Source of the DNA: Candidatus Altiarchaeota archaeon
GTDB lineage: Archaea > Altiarchaeota > Altiarchaeia > IMC4 > QMZM01
Direction: 5' to 3'
DNA: 13,640 bases
Assembly (NCBI GenBank): GCA_016931955.1
Contig: JAFGDV010000033.1
Location: 1 to 13,640, forward strand
The notes beneath the pieces were generated by a model. The model had not been told where the DNA came from, ran no database searches, and worked only from the letters and a program-made list of their open reading frames with translations. Shown one piece after another: positions 1 to 7,874 of this stretch. Each line of letters begins with the position of its first letter. The stretch's first letter is position 1. The position numbers and the translations under genes were made by a program.

Positions 1-55
1 CCACCACGGCTGGCACTTCCCCAACCAAACTACGTTGACACATTTTTAATTACAT

Positions 56-87
56 AATACCCCGCCCTTCAGGGCGGGGAAGTTTAT
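56..87 (+). mobile_element. Probable IS200/IS605-family terminal (right-end-like) hairpin; element body outside window or lost
   Basis: AATA-CCCCGCCCT-TC-AGGGCGGGG-AAGT-TTAT. This is a perfect GC-rich inverted repeat (60-79) of the kind found at IS605/IS1341 ends, followed a few nt later by a candidate cleavage tetranucleotide TTAT (84-87). No transposase is visible. Confidence 0.55.
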
Positions 88-145
88 GTTTATCTGATTT
101 ATAGGCATCTAATACCCCTTTTTTTTATAGTCTCTTCGAAAATCT

Positions 146-1342
146 CTAGTTGTCAATCTTTCGACATTTTATCATCATTTTGTAGCAGCTTATAAGCCTC
201 ATGGCGACATTATCCCAGGAGAAATTTTCCACCACTCTTTTTCTAGACGCCGTGCCCAAGTTTTCCGCAAGTTCGTCATCATTAGCTATCTGTAGTATAG
301 CAGAAGCTAGCGATTCAGGGTCGCCAAGCACCTTAGCATAGATACCAAGATCACCGAGGATTTCCCTGTTAACAGGGGTATCGAAGACTACTACTGGAAG
401 CCCGCATGCCATATAATTATATACCTTACCGTTTGCTTCCGTCTTTGATAACTTAGGCGAAACTGCGATATCTCCCAGCAAGATGTATCTGGCAGCATCT
501 TTATAATCCACTCTTCCTGTGAAAGTTATGCTATCCAAGATACCTAAATCATCAGCCATCTTCTTGTATCTATCCACGTTGGGGTATCCCATGATCAGGA
601 AATGCACATCACTTTTTTTCTCCAGTACAATAGGTATGGCTTTTAGTAAACAATCAACCCCCTGATATCCATTTAAGAGCCCAAGATATACAACAATCTT
701 TTTATCTGAAGGTATACTCAACTCTTCTCTTAAATCCATCGTTTCTAAACCAGGTCTAAATTCATCAGTATCTACACCATCCAATGTCAGAAATACCCTA
801 CTCTCTGGGATGCCGAATTTCTCCTTTAGTTCGTTTACCATATCAGTTGATTGCGTTACGATTATATCTGCTAAGTTGTTAATCCTTTTTTCTAGAAGAT
901 ACATGAATCTATGAAATAATTTATTTCCGTTCAAAAAATTGTGACTTTTTACCTCCCCCGTTAAACTACCCTGTGAATCAAAAAGCAATGGTGTTTTTGT
1001 AAACTTGCCTACAAAAAAGCCTATAAGAGCGCCCTCATGCAAATGCCCGTGAATTATATCTGGCTTAATCTTTAAAGCTATCCTGAGAGATTTTATGAAA
1101 AGAAGAAAGTCAAGGTAGATCTTATGAAGAGAGGGACCAGCTTCTAATTTGTTATACCATAGAATATTCATTATTCTCTCTATCTTCAAATTAGGAAGAT
1201 TTCTTCCGTTGTGATAGGTGCAGATTGTTACATTACAACCAAGCTTTTGCAAAGATTTTATCTCCTCATAGATCTGAACATGGCAGCCTCTATCGGCGAA
1301 AAAAGGGGTTGGGGCGATCATCAGAATATTATACGTCTCCAT
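146..1342 (-). CDS. Glycosyltransferase family 4 (GT-B fold) protein
   Basis: 398 aa. Contains PDIIHGH, DGVDTDEFRP, VVYLGLL..YQGVD.LL, ITFTGRV, YMACGLPVV and the C-terminal NFSWDNVA typical of GT4. Confidence 0.92.
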   Translation of the reverse strand: METYNILMIAPTPFFADRGCHVQIYEEIKSLQKLGCNVTICTYHNGRNLPNLKIERIMNILWYNKLEAGPSLHKIYLDFLLFIKSLRIALKIKPDIIHGHLHEGALIGFFVGKFTKTPLLFDSQGSLTGEVKSHNFLNGNKLFHRFMYLLEKRINNLADIIVTQSTDMVNELKEKFGIPESRVFLTLDGVDTDEFRPGLETMDLREELSIPSDKKIVVYLGLLNGYQGVDCLLKAIPIVLEKKSDVHFLIMGYPNVDRYKKMADDLGILDSITFTGRVDYKDAARYILLGDIAVSPKLSKTEANGKVYNYMACGLPVVVFDTPVNREILGDLGIYAKVLGDPESLASAILQIANDDELAENLGTASRKRVVENFSWDNVAMRLISCYKMMIKCRKIDN

Positions 1343-1343
1343 C

Positions 1344-2453
1344 TTAATCTTTGAAGGCCTTAACGCTAGTAATCACTTTGTTTACATCGTTGGGAGTCAT
1401 ATCAGGGTATAATGGGAGTGTAATAATCTTCTTCCATATCTTTTCTGCCACCGGAGCACTTGTCTTGACGTTACTGTAGATAGGGTGAAGATATAAGGGC
1501 ATGTAGTGCACCCCGGTTGAAATACCCTGTTCTGCTAAAAAGGCAATTAGTTCATCCCTATCCTCGACCTTGATAACATAGTTGTGATGGGCGCTTTTAA
1601 CGTAATCTTTTTTTACAGGTATTCTTATCCATCCCATATCCCCGAAGTTTTTGTTATAGATATCTACTATCTCTGCACGTCTTTCATTCATTTTTCCAAG
1701 TTTTCTCAATTGAACTAAACCGATGGCTGCTGTGATGTCATTCATATGGTATTTATAGCCTATATCCATAACATCGTAATACCAGGAGTAATTATTTCGT
1801 CCAGATCTCAGGAATGTGCTCCTATCTATCCCCAACCATCTCAGTTGTTCGACTTTTTTGGCTATCCCCCCATCGTTTGTAGTTAGCATACCCCCATCCC
1901 CCGTAGCGAGGTTTTTAACTGCATGGAAACTAAAGCAGCCCACATCACCAAAAGAGCCTACAGGTTTGCCCTTATACTCTGAACCACAAGCGTGGGCGCA
2001 GTCCTCAATTATCCTCAAATCATGTTCATTTGCAATATCCAGAAGAGCTTCTATCTCAACAGGATGGCCGCCGTAATGAACGGGTATTATAGCCTTTGTC
2101 TTCTTTGTAATTTTTTTCTTTACATCATCTACGTCTATATTCAGTGTGTCCTCATAAACATCGGCAAACACAGGTTTTGCATTATTGTATGTTGCTGCTA
2201 ATGCAGTTGATATAAAGGTGATGGCAGGAACAATTACCTCGCCTGAGTTGATCCCTAAAGCCTTTACGGCTAAGTGCAATGCAGCCGTAGCTGAATTCAA
2301 ACCAACGGCAAAGTTAACTTTGCTAAATTCAGCAAATTTTTCTTCGAATTCCTTGGTTTTTGGACCTAATCCTAACCAACCAGATCTTAGTACCTCTGCG
2401 ATGGCATCTATCTCTTCCTCTCCCATAGACGGCCTAAAAACGGGAATTTGCAT
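1344..2453 (-). CDS. DegT/DnrJ/EryC1/StrS family PLP-dependent NDP-sugar aminotransferase
   Basis: 369 aa. Contains SGWLGLGP..KEFE, NSATAALHLA, IIPVHYGG, IIEDCAHA, FSFHAVKNLATGDGGM (PLP lysine) and ITLPLYP. Confidence 0.95.
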   Translation of the reverse strand: MQIPVFRPSMGEEEIDAIAEVLRSGWLGLGPKTKEFEEKFAEFSKVNFAVGLNSATAALHLAVKALGINSGEVIVPAITFISTALAATYNNAKPVFADVYEDTLNIDVDDVKKKITKKTKAIIPVHYGGHPVEIEALLDIANEHDLRIIEDCAHACGSEYKGKPVGSFGDVGCFSFHAVKNLATGDGGMLTTNDGGIAKKVEQLRWLGIDRSTFLRSGRNNYSWYYDVMDIGYKYHMNDITAAIGLVQLRKLGKMNERRAEIVDIYNKNFGDMGWIRIPVKKDYVKSAHHNYVIKVEDRDELIAFLAEQGISTGVHYMPLYLHPIYSNVKTSAPVAEKIWKKIITLPLYPDMTPNDVNKVITSVKAFKD

Positions 2454-3168
2454 TTCTAACCTTTGCTATAAATTGATTAGCTTTAAACAAACTTTCAAAT
2501 GTTCCCGCGTCCACCCAAAATCCCCCCACAATGTCATAGCCTATGTCACCATTTTTTACGTAATCGTTTATCACATCCACGATCTCTAGTTCATCTCTAG
2601 CGGATGCTTTGAGTTTTGGTATGATGTCAAATACCTTTCGGTCAAAGAAATATACGCCCAGAATGGCTAAATTAGTAGTTGGGTTTTCTGGCTTCTCTAT
2701 TGCCTTCACTACTTTTTTTCCCTCGACCTCTGCTAAACCAAACCTCTCAGGATCCTGTACCCTTTGAAGTAAGAGATGAGCGCCTTTATCGCTTTTTCCA
2801 AATTTTTCAACATAAGCGCCGATGCTATCTTCCATCACATTATCCCCGAGTATTACTACAAATTTTTCATCACTACCGATGAAGTCCTTAGTTATATGGA
2901 GAGCTACTGGAATGCCTCCCGAACCGTCCTGATAACCATAAGTAAATCTTGCATTAAATCTTTTTCCACTACCCAGCAACTTCAAGAAATCACCAACGTT
3001 CTCCCCTCCGGTCACTATCATGATCTCTTTTATCCCCGCGTTCAACAGAGTCTGTATAGGATAAAATATCATCGGTTTGTCATATACTGGGAGAAGGTGT
3101 TTATTGGTAACATCAGTCAATGGAGCAAGCCTTGAACCCGCACCACCTGCTAATATTATACCTTTCAT
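2434..3168 (-). CDS. rmlA: Glucose-1-phosphate thymidylyltransferase (short RmlA/SpsI type)
   Basis: MKGIILAGGAGSRLAPLT..NKHLLPVYDKPMI, ILGDN, EKP and W.DAGT motifs. It lies next to rmlB. Confidence 0.88.
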   Translation of the reverse strand: MKGIILAGGAGSRLAPLTDVTNKHLLPVYDKPMIFYPIQTLLNAGIKEIMIVTGGENVGDFLKLLGSGKRFNARFTYGYQDGSGGIPVALHITKDFIGSDEKFVVILGDNVMEDSIGAYVEKFGKSDKGAHLLLQRVQDPERFGLAEVEGKKVVKAIEKPENPTTNLAILGVYFFDRKVFDIIPKLKASARDELEIVDVINDYVKNGDIGYDIVGGFWVDAGTFESLFKANQFIAKVRNANSRF

Positions 3169-3172
3169 CTTG

Positions 3173-4141
3173 TTACCTCACCAGTTTTTTCCACCACCAT
3201 TCATTTTCCAAGTACCAATCGACTGTTGAGATAAGGGCTTCTTCAAATTCGTATTTTGGCGTCCAACCCAGTTCTCGTATTTTTTCACAGTTTAGAGAGT
3301 ATCTCCTATCATGACCCTTTCTGTCTTCCACGAAATTTATCAATGATTCTGCTTTATCCAATTTTTTTAATATGAGATCAGTTATCTGCATATTTTTTCT
3401 TTCATTTCCACTAGCAACATTGTAGATCTCATTAACCTTCCCCTTGTGAAGTAGGAGGTCTATAGCTCTGCAGTTATCCATGACATAGAGCCAATCCCTC
3501 ACATTTGTGCCGTCGCCATATAATGGGAGGGGTTTATTCTGAATAGCATTTATTATGAATAATGGAATAAGCTTCTCAGGATATTGATAAGGTCCAAAAT
3601 TGTTCGAACTTCTTATGATTATTGTTGGGAGGCCATATGTCCTACTATACGATCTGACTAGCAAGTCCCCACCTGCTTTGCTTGCTGAATATGGACTTGA
3701 TGGATTCAAGCAGTCTTTCTCATTAAAAGAGCCTTCTTCGATACTACCGTAAACTTCATCGGTGGATATCTGTATGAATCTTTTTATATCATATCTGCGA
3801 GCGGCTTCTAGAAGGACATAAGTTCCATAAATGTCCGTTTTCACAAAATTCCCTGCATCAATTATTGATCTATCCACATGAGTCTCTGCAGCGAAATTGA
3901 TTATTGCATCCACATCATTTGAGAGATCGTCGACTATTGATTTTTCGCAGATATCCCCCTTATAGAAGCCGTATCTAGGATTATCTTCAATATCTCCGAG
4001 ATTGTCTAGATTCCCAGCATAAGTGAGTTTATCAAGATTAATAATCTCACAATCCGCGTGTTTTTTTACCATGTAACGTATAAAGTTACTTCCGATGAAA
4101 CCTGCACCACCAGTAACCAAGATTTTCATATCATCATCCAT
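3173..4141 (-). CDS. rfbB: dTDP-glucose 4,6-dehydratase (start may be the ATG at 4129)
   Basis: ILVTGGAGFIGSNF, DKLTYAGN, NFAAETHVDRSI, ISTDEVYG, PSSPYSASKA, YQYPEKLIP and DRKGHDRRYSL motifs. Confidence 0.96.
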   Translation of the reverse strand: MDDDMKILVTGGAGFIGSNFIRYMVKKHADCEIINLDKLTYAGNLDNLGDIEDNPRYGFYKGDICEKSIVDDLSNDVDAIINFAAETHVDRSIIDAGNFVKTDIYGTYVLLEAARRYDIKRFIQISTDEVYGSIEEGSFNEKDCLNPSSPYSASKAGGDLLVRSYSRTYGLPTIIIRSSNNFGPYQYPEKLIPLFIINAIQNKPLPLYGDGTNVRDWLYVMDNCRAIDLLLHKGKVNEIYNVASGNERKNMQITDLILKKLDKAESLINFVEDRKGHDRRYSLNCEKIRELGWTPKYEFEEALISTVDWYLENEWWWKKLVR

Positions 4142-4607
4142 GCTTTAAACCCGGTTTCAGTTTCCATCTATATGGGAGCTTTTTGGTATCTGGGGGAAGC
4201 CTGTATTCATCAGGTTTTTCGCGATTATATGCTCTAGTAGGTACGTTGACAATAAATGCTGTCTCATCACCTATAGCGGAGAAACCGTGATATACAAGTG
4301 AGGGTATCTTTACCAATATGGGATTTTCCATCCCCATCACAAATTCATTTACCTCCATATGTGTTGGAGAATCCTCTCTTCCATCACAGAGCACCAGTCT
4401 TGCCGTTCCTTTTATGCATGTAAAGTAATCTGTCTGATTTTTATGATAGTGCCACGCTTTCACAACATCAGGGTAAGCTGTTGTAATGTAAACCTGCCCG
4501 AATCTTTCAAATATCTTATCATCGCTCCTCAGGATCTCCATCAACCAACCGCGTTCATCTTCCATCACTTTTAGTTGTTTGACCTCAACGCCATCTATCA
4601 TTTTCAT
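4134..4607 (-). CDS. rmlC: dTDP-4-dehydrorhamnose 3,5-epimerase family cupin (RmlC/SpsL-like)
   Basis: MIDGVEVK.L...EDERGWLME, VVKAWHYH..QTD and IP..VYHGF cupin motifs. It lies next to rmlB. Confidence 0.8.
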   Translation of the reverse strand: MKMIDGVEVKQLKVMEDERGWLMEILRSDDKIFERFGQVYITTAYPDVVKAWHYHKNQTDYFTCIKGTARLVLCDGREDSPTHMEVNEFVMGMENPILVKIPSLVYHGFSAIGDETAFIVNVPTRAYNREKPDEYRLPPDTKKLPYRWKLKPGLKHG

Positions 4608-4612
4608 GCTAG

Positions 4613-5557
4613 TTATATTATCCTTTCTATAAAATAATTTCTCCGTTTTCCTTGAGTGTGGTATAATTTGAGCATGATGTCAGCTAAAACTCCTGTCGCT
4701 ATAAATTGAATGCCTATGATCAATATTAGAATCGAAAGAAGAAATAATGGTTTGTCTGACAGAGGATATCCAAAGAACAGTCGCATAACTCCCAGATAAC
4801 CACCTAAGACGAAGCCCAATAAAAACAAAAGCAAACCTACGCTACCAAAAATATGTATCGGCCTTGCGGAATATTTCTGCCAGAAAGTTACTAGGATTAG
4901 ATCCAAAATTCCCTTGATAAATCTTTTACAACCATATTTTGTTTTTCCTTTTTTTCGTGGATGGTGCTTTACTTGTATCTCACCAATCTTGAAGCCCTTC
5001 CAAGCTATCAAGGCAGGTATATACCTGTGGACATCTCCATAGAGTTCCATGTCCGTTAGAACATCTCGTTTGTATACCTTAAGAGTGCAACCGAAGTCAT
5101 GAATGTTAACCCCCGTGAGGTGTCTCGCAAGGAAATTTGAGATTAGTGAAGGTATCTTCTTTGTGATGGGGTCCTTCCTGTCTGTACGCCATCCGCTAAC
5201 AACATCAAAGCCTTCGTCTAATTTCTGCAATAGCTTTGGTATATCCTCTGGGTCATTCTGCAGATCAGAATCCATGGTAACAATTATTTTGCCTTTAGTA
5301 TAATCAAATCCCGCGGATATTGCAGCAGTCTGACCGAAATTCTTTCTGAACTTGATGGCTTTCACTCGTGAGTCTTGGGCGTGGATTCCTTCAAGAACCT
5401 CGAAACTATTGTCTGTGGAGCCGTCGTCGATGAAAACGATTTCGTATTCTTTATTTAGTCTTTCTATAACCTGCTTTAATTTGGAATAGAGTTCAGCCAA
5501 GGATTCGCTTTCATTAAATACTGGAACAACTATCGAAAGTTCAATATTTTCAGGCAT
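4613..5557 (-). CDS. GT2 polyprenol-phosphate glycosyltransferase (ArnC/GtrB/DPM-like) with two C-terminal TM helices
   Basis: LSIVVPVFNE, IDDGSTD, RKNFGQTAAISAG, TMDSDLQNDPEDIP, DVVSGWR, HDFGCTLKVY and HRYIPAL motifs, plus two hydrophobic C-terminal segments. Confidence 0.92.
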   Translation of the reverse strand: MPENIELSIVVPVFNESESLAELYSKLKQVIERLNKEYEIVFIDDGSTDNSFEVLEGIHAQDSRVKAIKFRKNFGQTAAISAGFDYTKGKIIVTMDSDLQNDPEDIPKLLQKLDEGFDVVSGWRTDRKDPITKKIPSLISNFLARHLTGVNIHDFGCTLKVYKRDVLTDMELYGDVHRYIPALIAWKGFKIGEIQVKHHPRKKGKTKYGCKRFIKGILDLILVTFWQKYSARPIHIFGSVGLLLFLLGFVLGGYLGVMRLFFGYPLSDKPLFLLSILILIIGIQFIATGVLADIMLKLYHTQGKRRNYFIERII

Positions 5558-5617
5558 TCAGACCACACTTATGTTAACTATTAAGCAGGTTGTGATAAAT
5601 ATCCTCCCAAGAAAGGT

Positions 5618-6070
5618 TCATATCAGCTTGTTTAGGGCTCCTTCGTGTATTTTGTGGTCGAATTTGACGACGTCGTGGACGGGGTAGACCCTTACGGGGG
5701 AGACATTCAATCTGGCCAGGAACTCCTCCAAGCCCTTATGCTCTCCGGAGACAAGGACTTCGACGATGATCTTCCCATCAAAGGTGCGGAAAACCTTCCT
5801 GGCTTCTTCAAAGTGAGCGATGTGGTTGGCAGTATCCTTGGACTGAGAAGGCGGAACATCCACAATAATGTAGCCAATCTGCAAGCCAAGGTCATGAGGA
5901 TGCAAAATGGCGGAGAAATTCTTTATAACGCCCCGATCCAGTAAACGCTCAGCCCGCGTAAACACCGTCGTATGAGGGACGCCTAGCTTCTGACCCAGCT
6001 CACGGAAGCTTAACCTGGCGTCCTCCTGGAGGTGCTTGATTATGCTCAGATCAAGTTTATCGACTTTCAT
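5618..6070 (-). CDS. Lrp/AsnC family transcriptional regulator
   Basis: MKVDKLDLSIIKHLQEDARLSFRELGQKLGVPHTTVFTRAERL..GVIK is the Lrp winged HTH. The ATG at 6070 is preferred to 6097 because the upstream stretch is an AT-rich promoter. Confidence 0.9.
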   Translation of the reverse strand: MKVDKLDLSIIKHLQEDARLSFRELGQKLGVPHTTVFTRAERLLDRGVIKNFSAILHPHDLGLQIGYIIVDVPPSQSKDTANHIAHFEEARKVFRTFDGKIIVEVLVSGEHKGLEEFLARLNVSPVRVYPVHDVVKFDHKIHEGALNKLI

Positions 6071-6096
6071 TGTTGTATAATATATTATATTCTTCA

Positions 6097-6104
6097 TATA
6101 TAAA
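6097..6104 (-). promoter_or_regulatory. Putative archaeal TATA box for the Lrp gene
   Basis: TTTATATA on the minus strand, 27-34 nt upstream of the ATG at 6070. Confidence 0.5.
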
Positions 6105-6142
6105 TGGACAATATGTGTGTAAAAAGGATAAAACTATAAATA

Positions 6143-6970
6143 CTATTGAGCCAGTATACTTCCTAACCTTTTGTAGTAAACCGTTATCAGTGCGATAGGA
6201 TAAAGCCAGTAATTGGGGAAAATTGCCGAACCTCCCTTGATACTCTCTGTTTTGTGAATGTGATTAAGAAATGCCTGCTGTAAAAAGCTATCATGGTCCC
6301 ACAGCATGAAAGGCAAAGATACCAAAGCGATGAGCAGGAGAGCCATAAAGATGGATTTATACTCCTTTCTATGCATCCATATAAGCGTCATGATTGGAAA
6401 ATTAAATTGCTTTATGGCACATCCTATGTACGAGGCGATTTTATTGTCAGATAAAATCCCCAGCATGAGAAAATAAACAGGGACTATGTCATTGTAACCG
6501 TGAAATATAATGGCAATGGTAATGGGGTTGAAGAAAAGACACATCTTGGTTGTATCCCCCCTGAGTAGAATGACCGTTAGAAAAACAAACACCGCTATGG
6601 TGAGAAAATAGAAATTCGTTGGCTGGAGCGGGAGGGGTCCTATGTATGGGATTTGGATAAAACCCAGCAGTGGAAGATATGCCCAGTAATTATCCCGTCT
6701 AACATAAGAGAGAGTGACAGGTGTTGAATAGGGATTTTGACCCATCAGGAGGGTAGCATAGAAACTTGCAGTATACTCAGGCTCGTCAGTATACCAACAA
6801 AAAACCTCATAGGCAAATATATAGCCAACAGTTATGCTCACTATGATGTAAATAATAAACCAATACCTCGATACCCGCTTCAATCCAAATAAAATATTAA
6901 AGAAAAAAAGCAGGAATACTAAAATCATAAAATGATGGGATAATGGCATTAAAGAATCCGAATTAATCAT
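6143..6970 (-). CDS. Multi-pass membrane protein, GT-C / GT87-like glycosyltransferase
   Basis: Many hydrophobic segments. The first loop reads TDE...GQNPY...WAYLP, followed by HGYND, IKQF and LPF..WD, resembling GT87-like proteins. The start is uncertain (GTG 7027, ATG 6970 or later). Confidence 0.6.
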   Translation of the reverse strand: MINSDSLMPLSHHFMILVFLLFFFNILFGLKRVSRYWFIIYIIVSITVGYIFAYEVFCWYTDEPEYTASFYATLLMGQNPYSTPVTLSYVRRDNYWAYLPLLGFIQIPYIGPLPLQPTNFYFLTIAVFVFLTVILLRGDTTKMCLFFNPITIAIIFHGYNDIVPVYFLMLGILSDNKIASYIGCAIKQFNFPIMTLIWMHRKEYKSIFMALLLIALVSLPFMLWDHDSFLQQAFLNHIHKTESIKGGSAIFPNYWLYPIALITVYYKRLGSILAQ

Positions 6971-6997
6971 CTTGGATTTATTTATTAGGTTTGTACC

Positions 6998-7005
6998 ATA
7001 TATAC
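6998..7005. promoter_or_regulatory. Candidate shared (bidirectional) TATA box between the membrane GT gene and pheT
   Basis: The symmetric TATATA (6999-7004) sits roughly 30-35 nt from both the minus-strand ATG at 6970 and the plus-strand ATG at 7036. Confidence 0.35.
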
Positions 7006-7035
7006 GTATTCGTCGTAAAATAATCACTCAGAGAA

Positions 7036-7860
7036 ATGAAAACTCCCGACCTAAAACCCAGGAAGATGAGTCTCAGCATAGAATATGTTAACAAATTGCT
7101 TGGAATGGATTACAGCGGAGAGGAAGTTAAGAAACTGCTGGAGAAGATGCGCTACGGCGTAGAGGTCAGTGGAGAGAAAATCAAGGTGTTGATCCCAGCA
7201 TATAGAACAGACGTACTGCACCCGATGGACTTGGTGGAAGACATAGCAATAGCTCATGGATACGGGAACTTTAAGCCGGAGCTGCCGAAGACCAGTACCA
7301 TAGGAGAAAGAGACCCGGCGGAGCTATTCTATAACTCCATAAGAGAACTGATGCTAGGCTTCGGCTTCCAGGAAACAATGACGCTAATAATGACGAACAA
7401 AAAAAATCTGTTCGAGAAAATGGAGACTCCAGAAGAAAAAACAGTGGAGACAAAGAATCCAGTCTCAGTAGAGCACTCAATAGCGAGAACATGGCTCCTA
7501 CCATCACTCCTAACAGTACTGGAGAAAAACAAGAATAGGGAATACCCGCAAAGGATCTTTGAAATAGGATACTGCATCACAGGAGAAGGAAGAGACAAGG
7601 TAAAGATGGCAGCAGTAATAGCGCACTCTAAGGCGAACTTCTCAGAGACGAAGGCCATCTACACAGGCATAATGGATAATATCGGTATAGAGTGCAAGAC
7701 AACGGAATACAAACACGGAAGCTTCATCCCGGGAAGATGCGCCTCCACAGAGGAAGGATTCTTCGGAGAAATACACCCCAAGGTATTGGAAAACTTCGGC
7801 CTCGAAGTGCCAGTAACAGCCTTTGAATTGGATCTGAGCTCTATCTTTGAGAGAATATAG
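7036..7860 (+). CDS. pheT: Phenylalanine--tRNA ligase beta subunit, C-terminal half only (B5 plus catalytic-like domain)
   Basis: TPDL, VNKLLG, PAYRTDVLHPMDLVEDIAIAHGY (B5), RTWLLPSLL, EYPQRIFEIG, SFIPGRCA and GEIHPKVLENFGL..PV.AFELDL motifs. An in-frame TAA at 7021-7023 prevents N-terminal extension. Confidence 0.88.
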   Translation: MKTPDLKPRKMSLSIEYVNKLLGMDYSGEEVKKLLEKMRYGVEVSGEKIKVLIPAYRTDVLHPMDLVEDIAIAHGYGNFKPELPKTSTIGERDPAELFYNSIRELMLGFGFQETMTLIMTNKKNLFEKMETPEEKTVETKNPVSVEHSIARTWLLPSLLTVLEKNKNREYPQRIFEIGYCITGEGRDKVKMAAVIAHSKANFSETKAIYTGIMDNIGIECKTTEYKHGSFIPGRCASTEEGFFGEIHPKVLENFGLEVPVTAFELDLSSIFERI

Positions 7861-7874
7861 CAACTGATTCTAGA

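Noticed and set aside
1-57. Partial ORFs at the left edge (plus frame ending at TAA 55-57; minus frame MCQRSLVGEVPAVV from 43)
   Set aside because: Both are too short to assign and show no recognisable motif.
55-118. 9-bp direct repeat TAATACCCC (55-63, 110-118) as a target-site duplication
   Set aside because: One copy overlaps the hairpin itself, IS200/IS605 elements do not make target duplications, and the match is short enough to be chance.
6971-7035. Frameshifted N-terminal half of pheT upstream of 7036
   Set aside because: The upstream plus-strand sequence is AT-rich and stop-laden and is occupied by the minus-strand membrane protein gene. No PheT B3/B4 motifs were seen.
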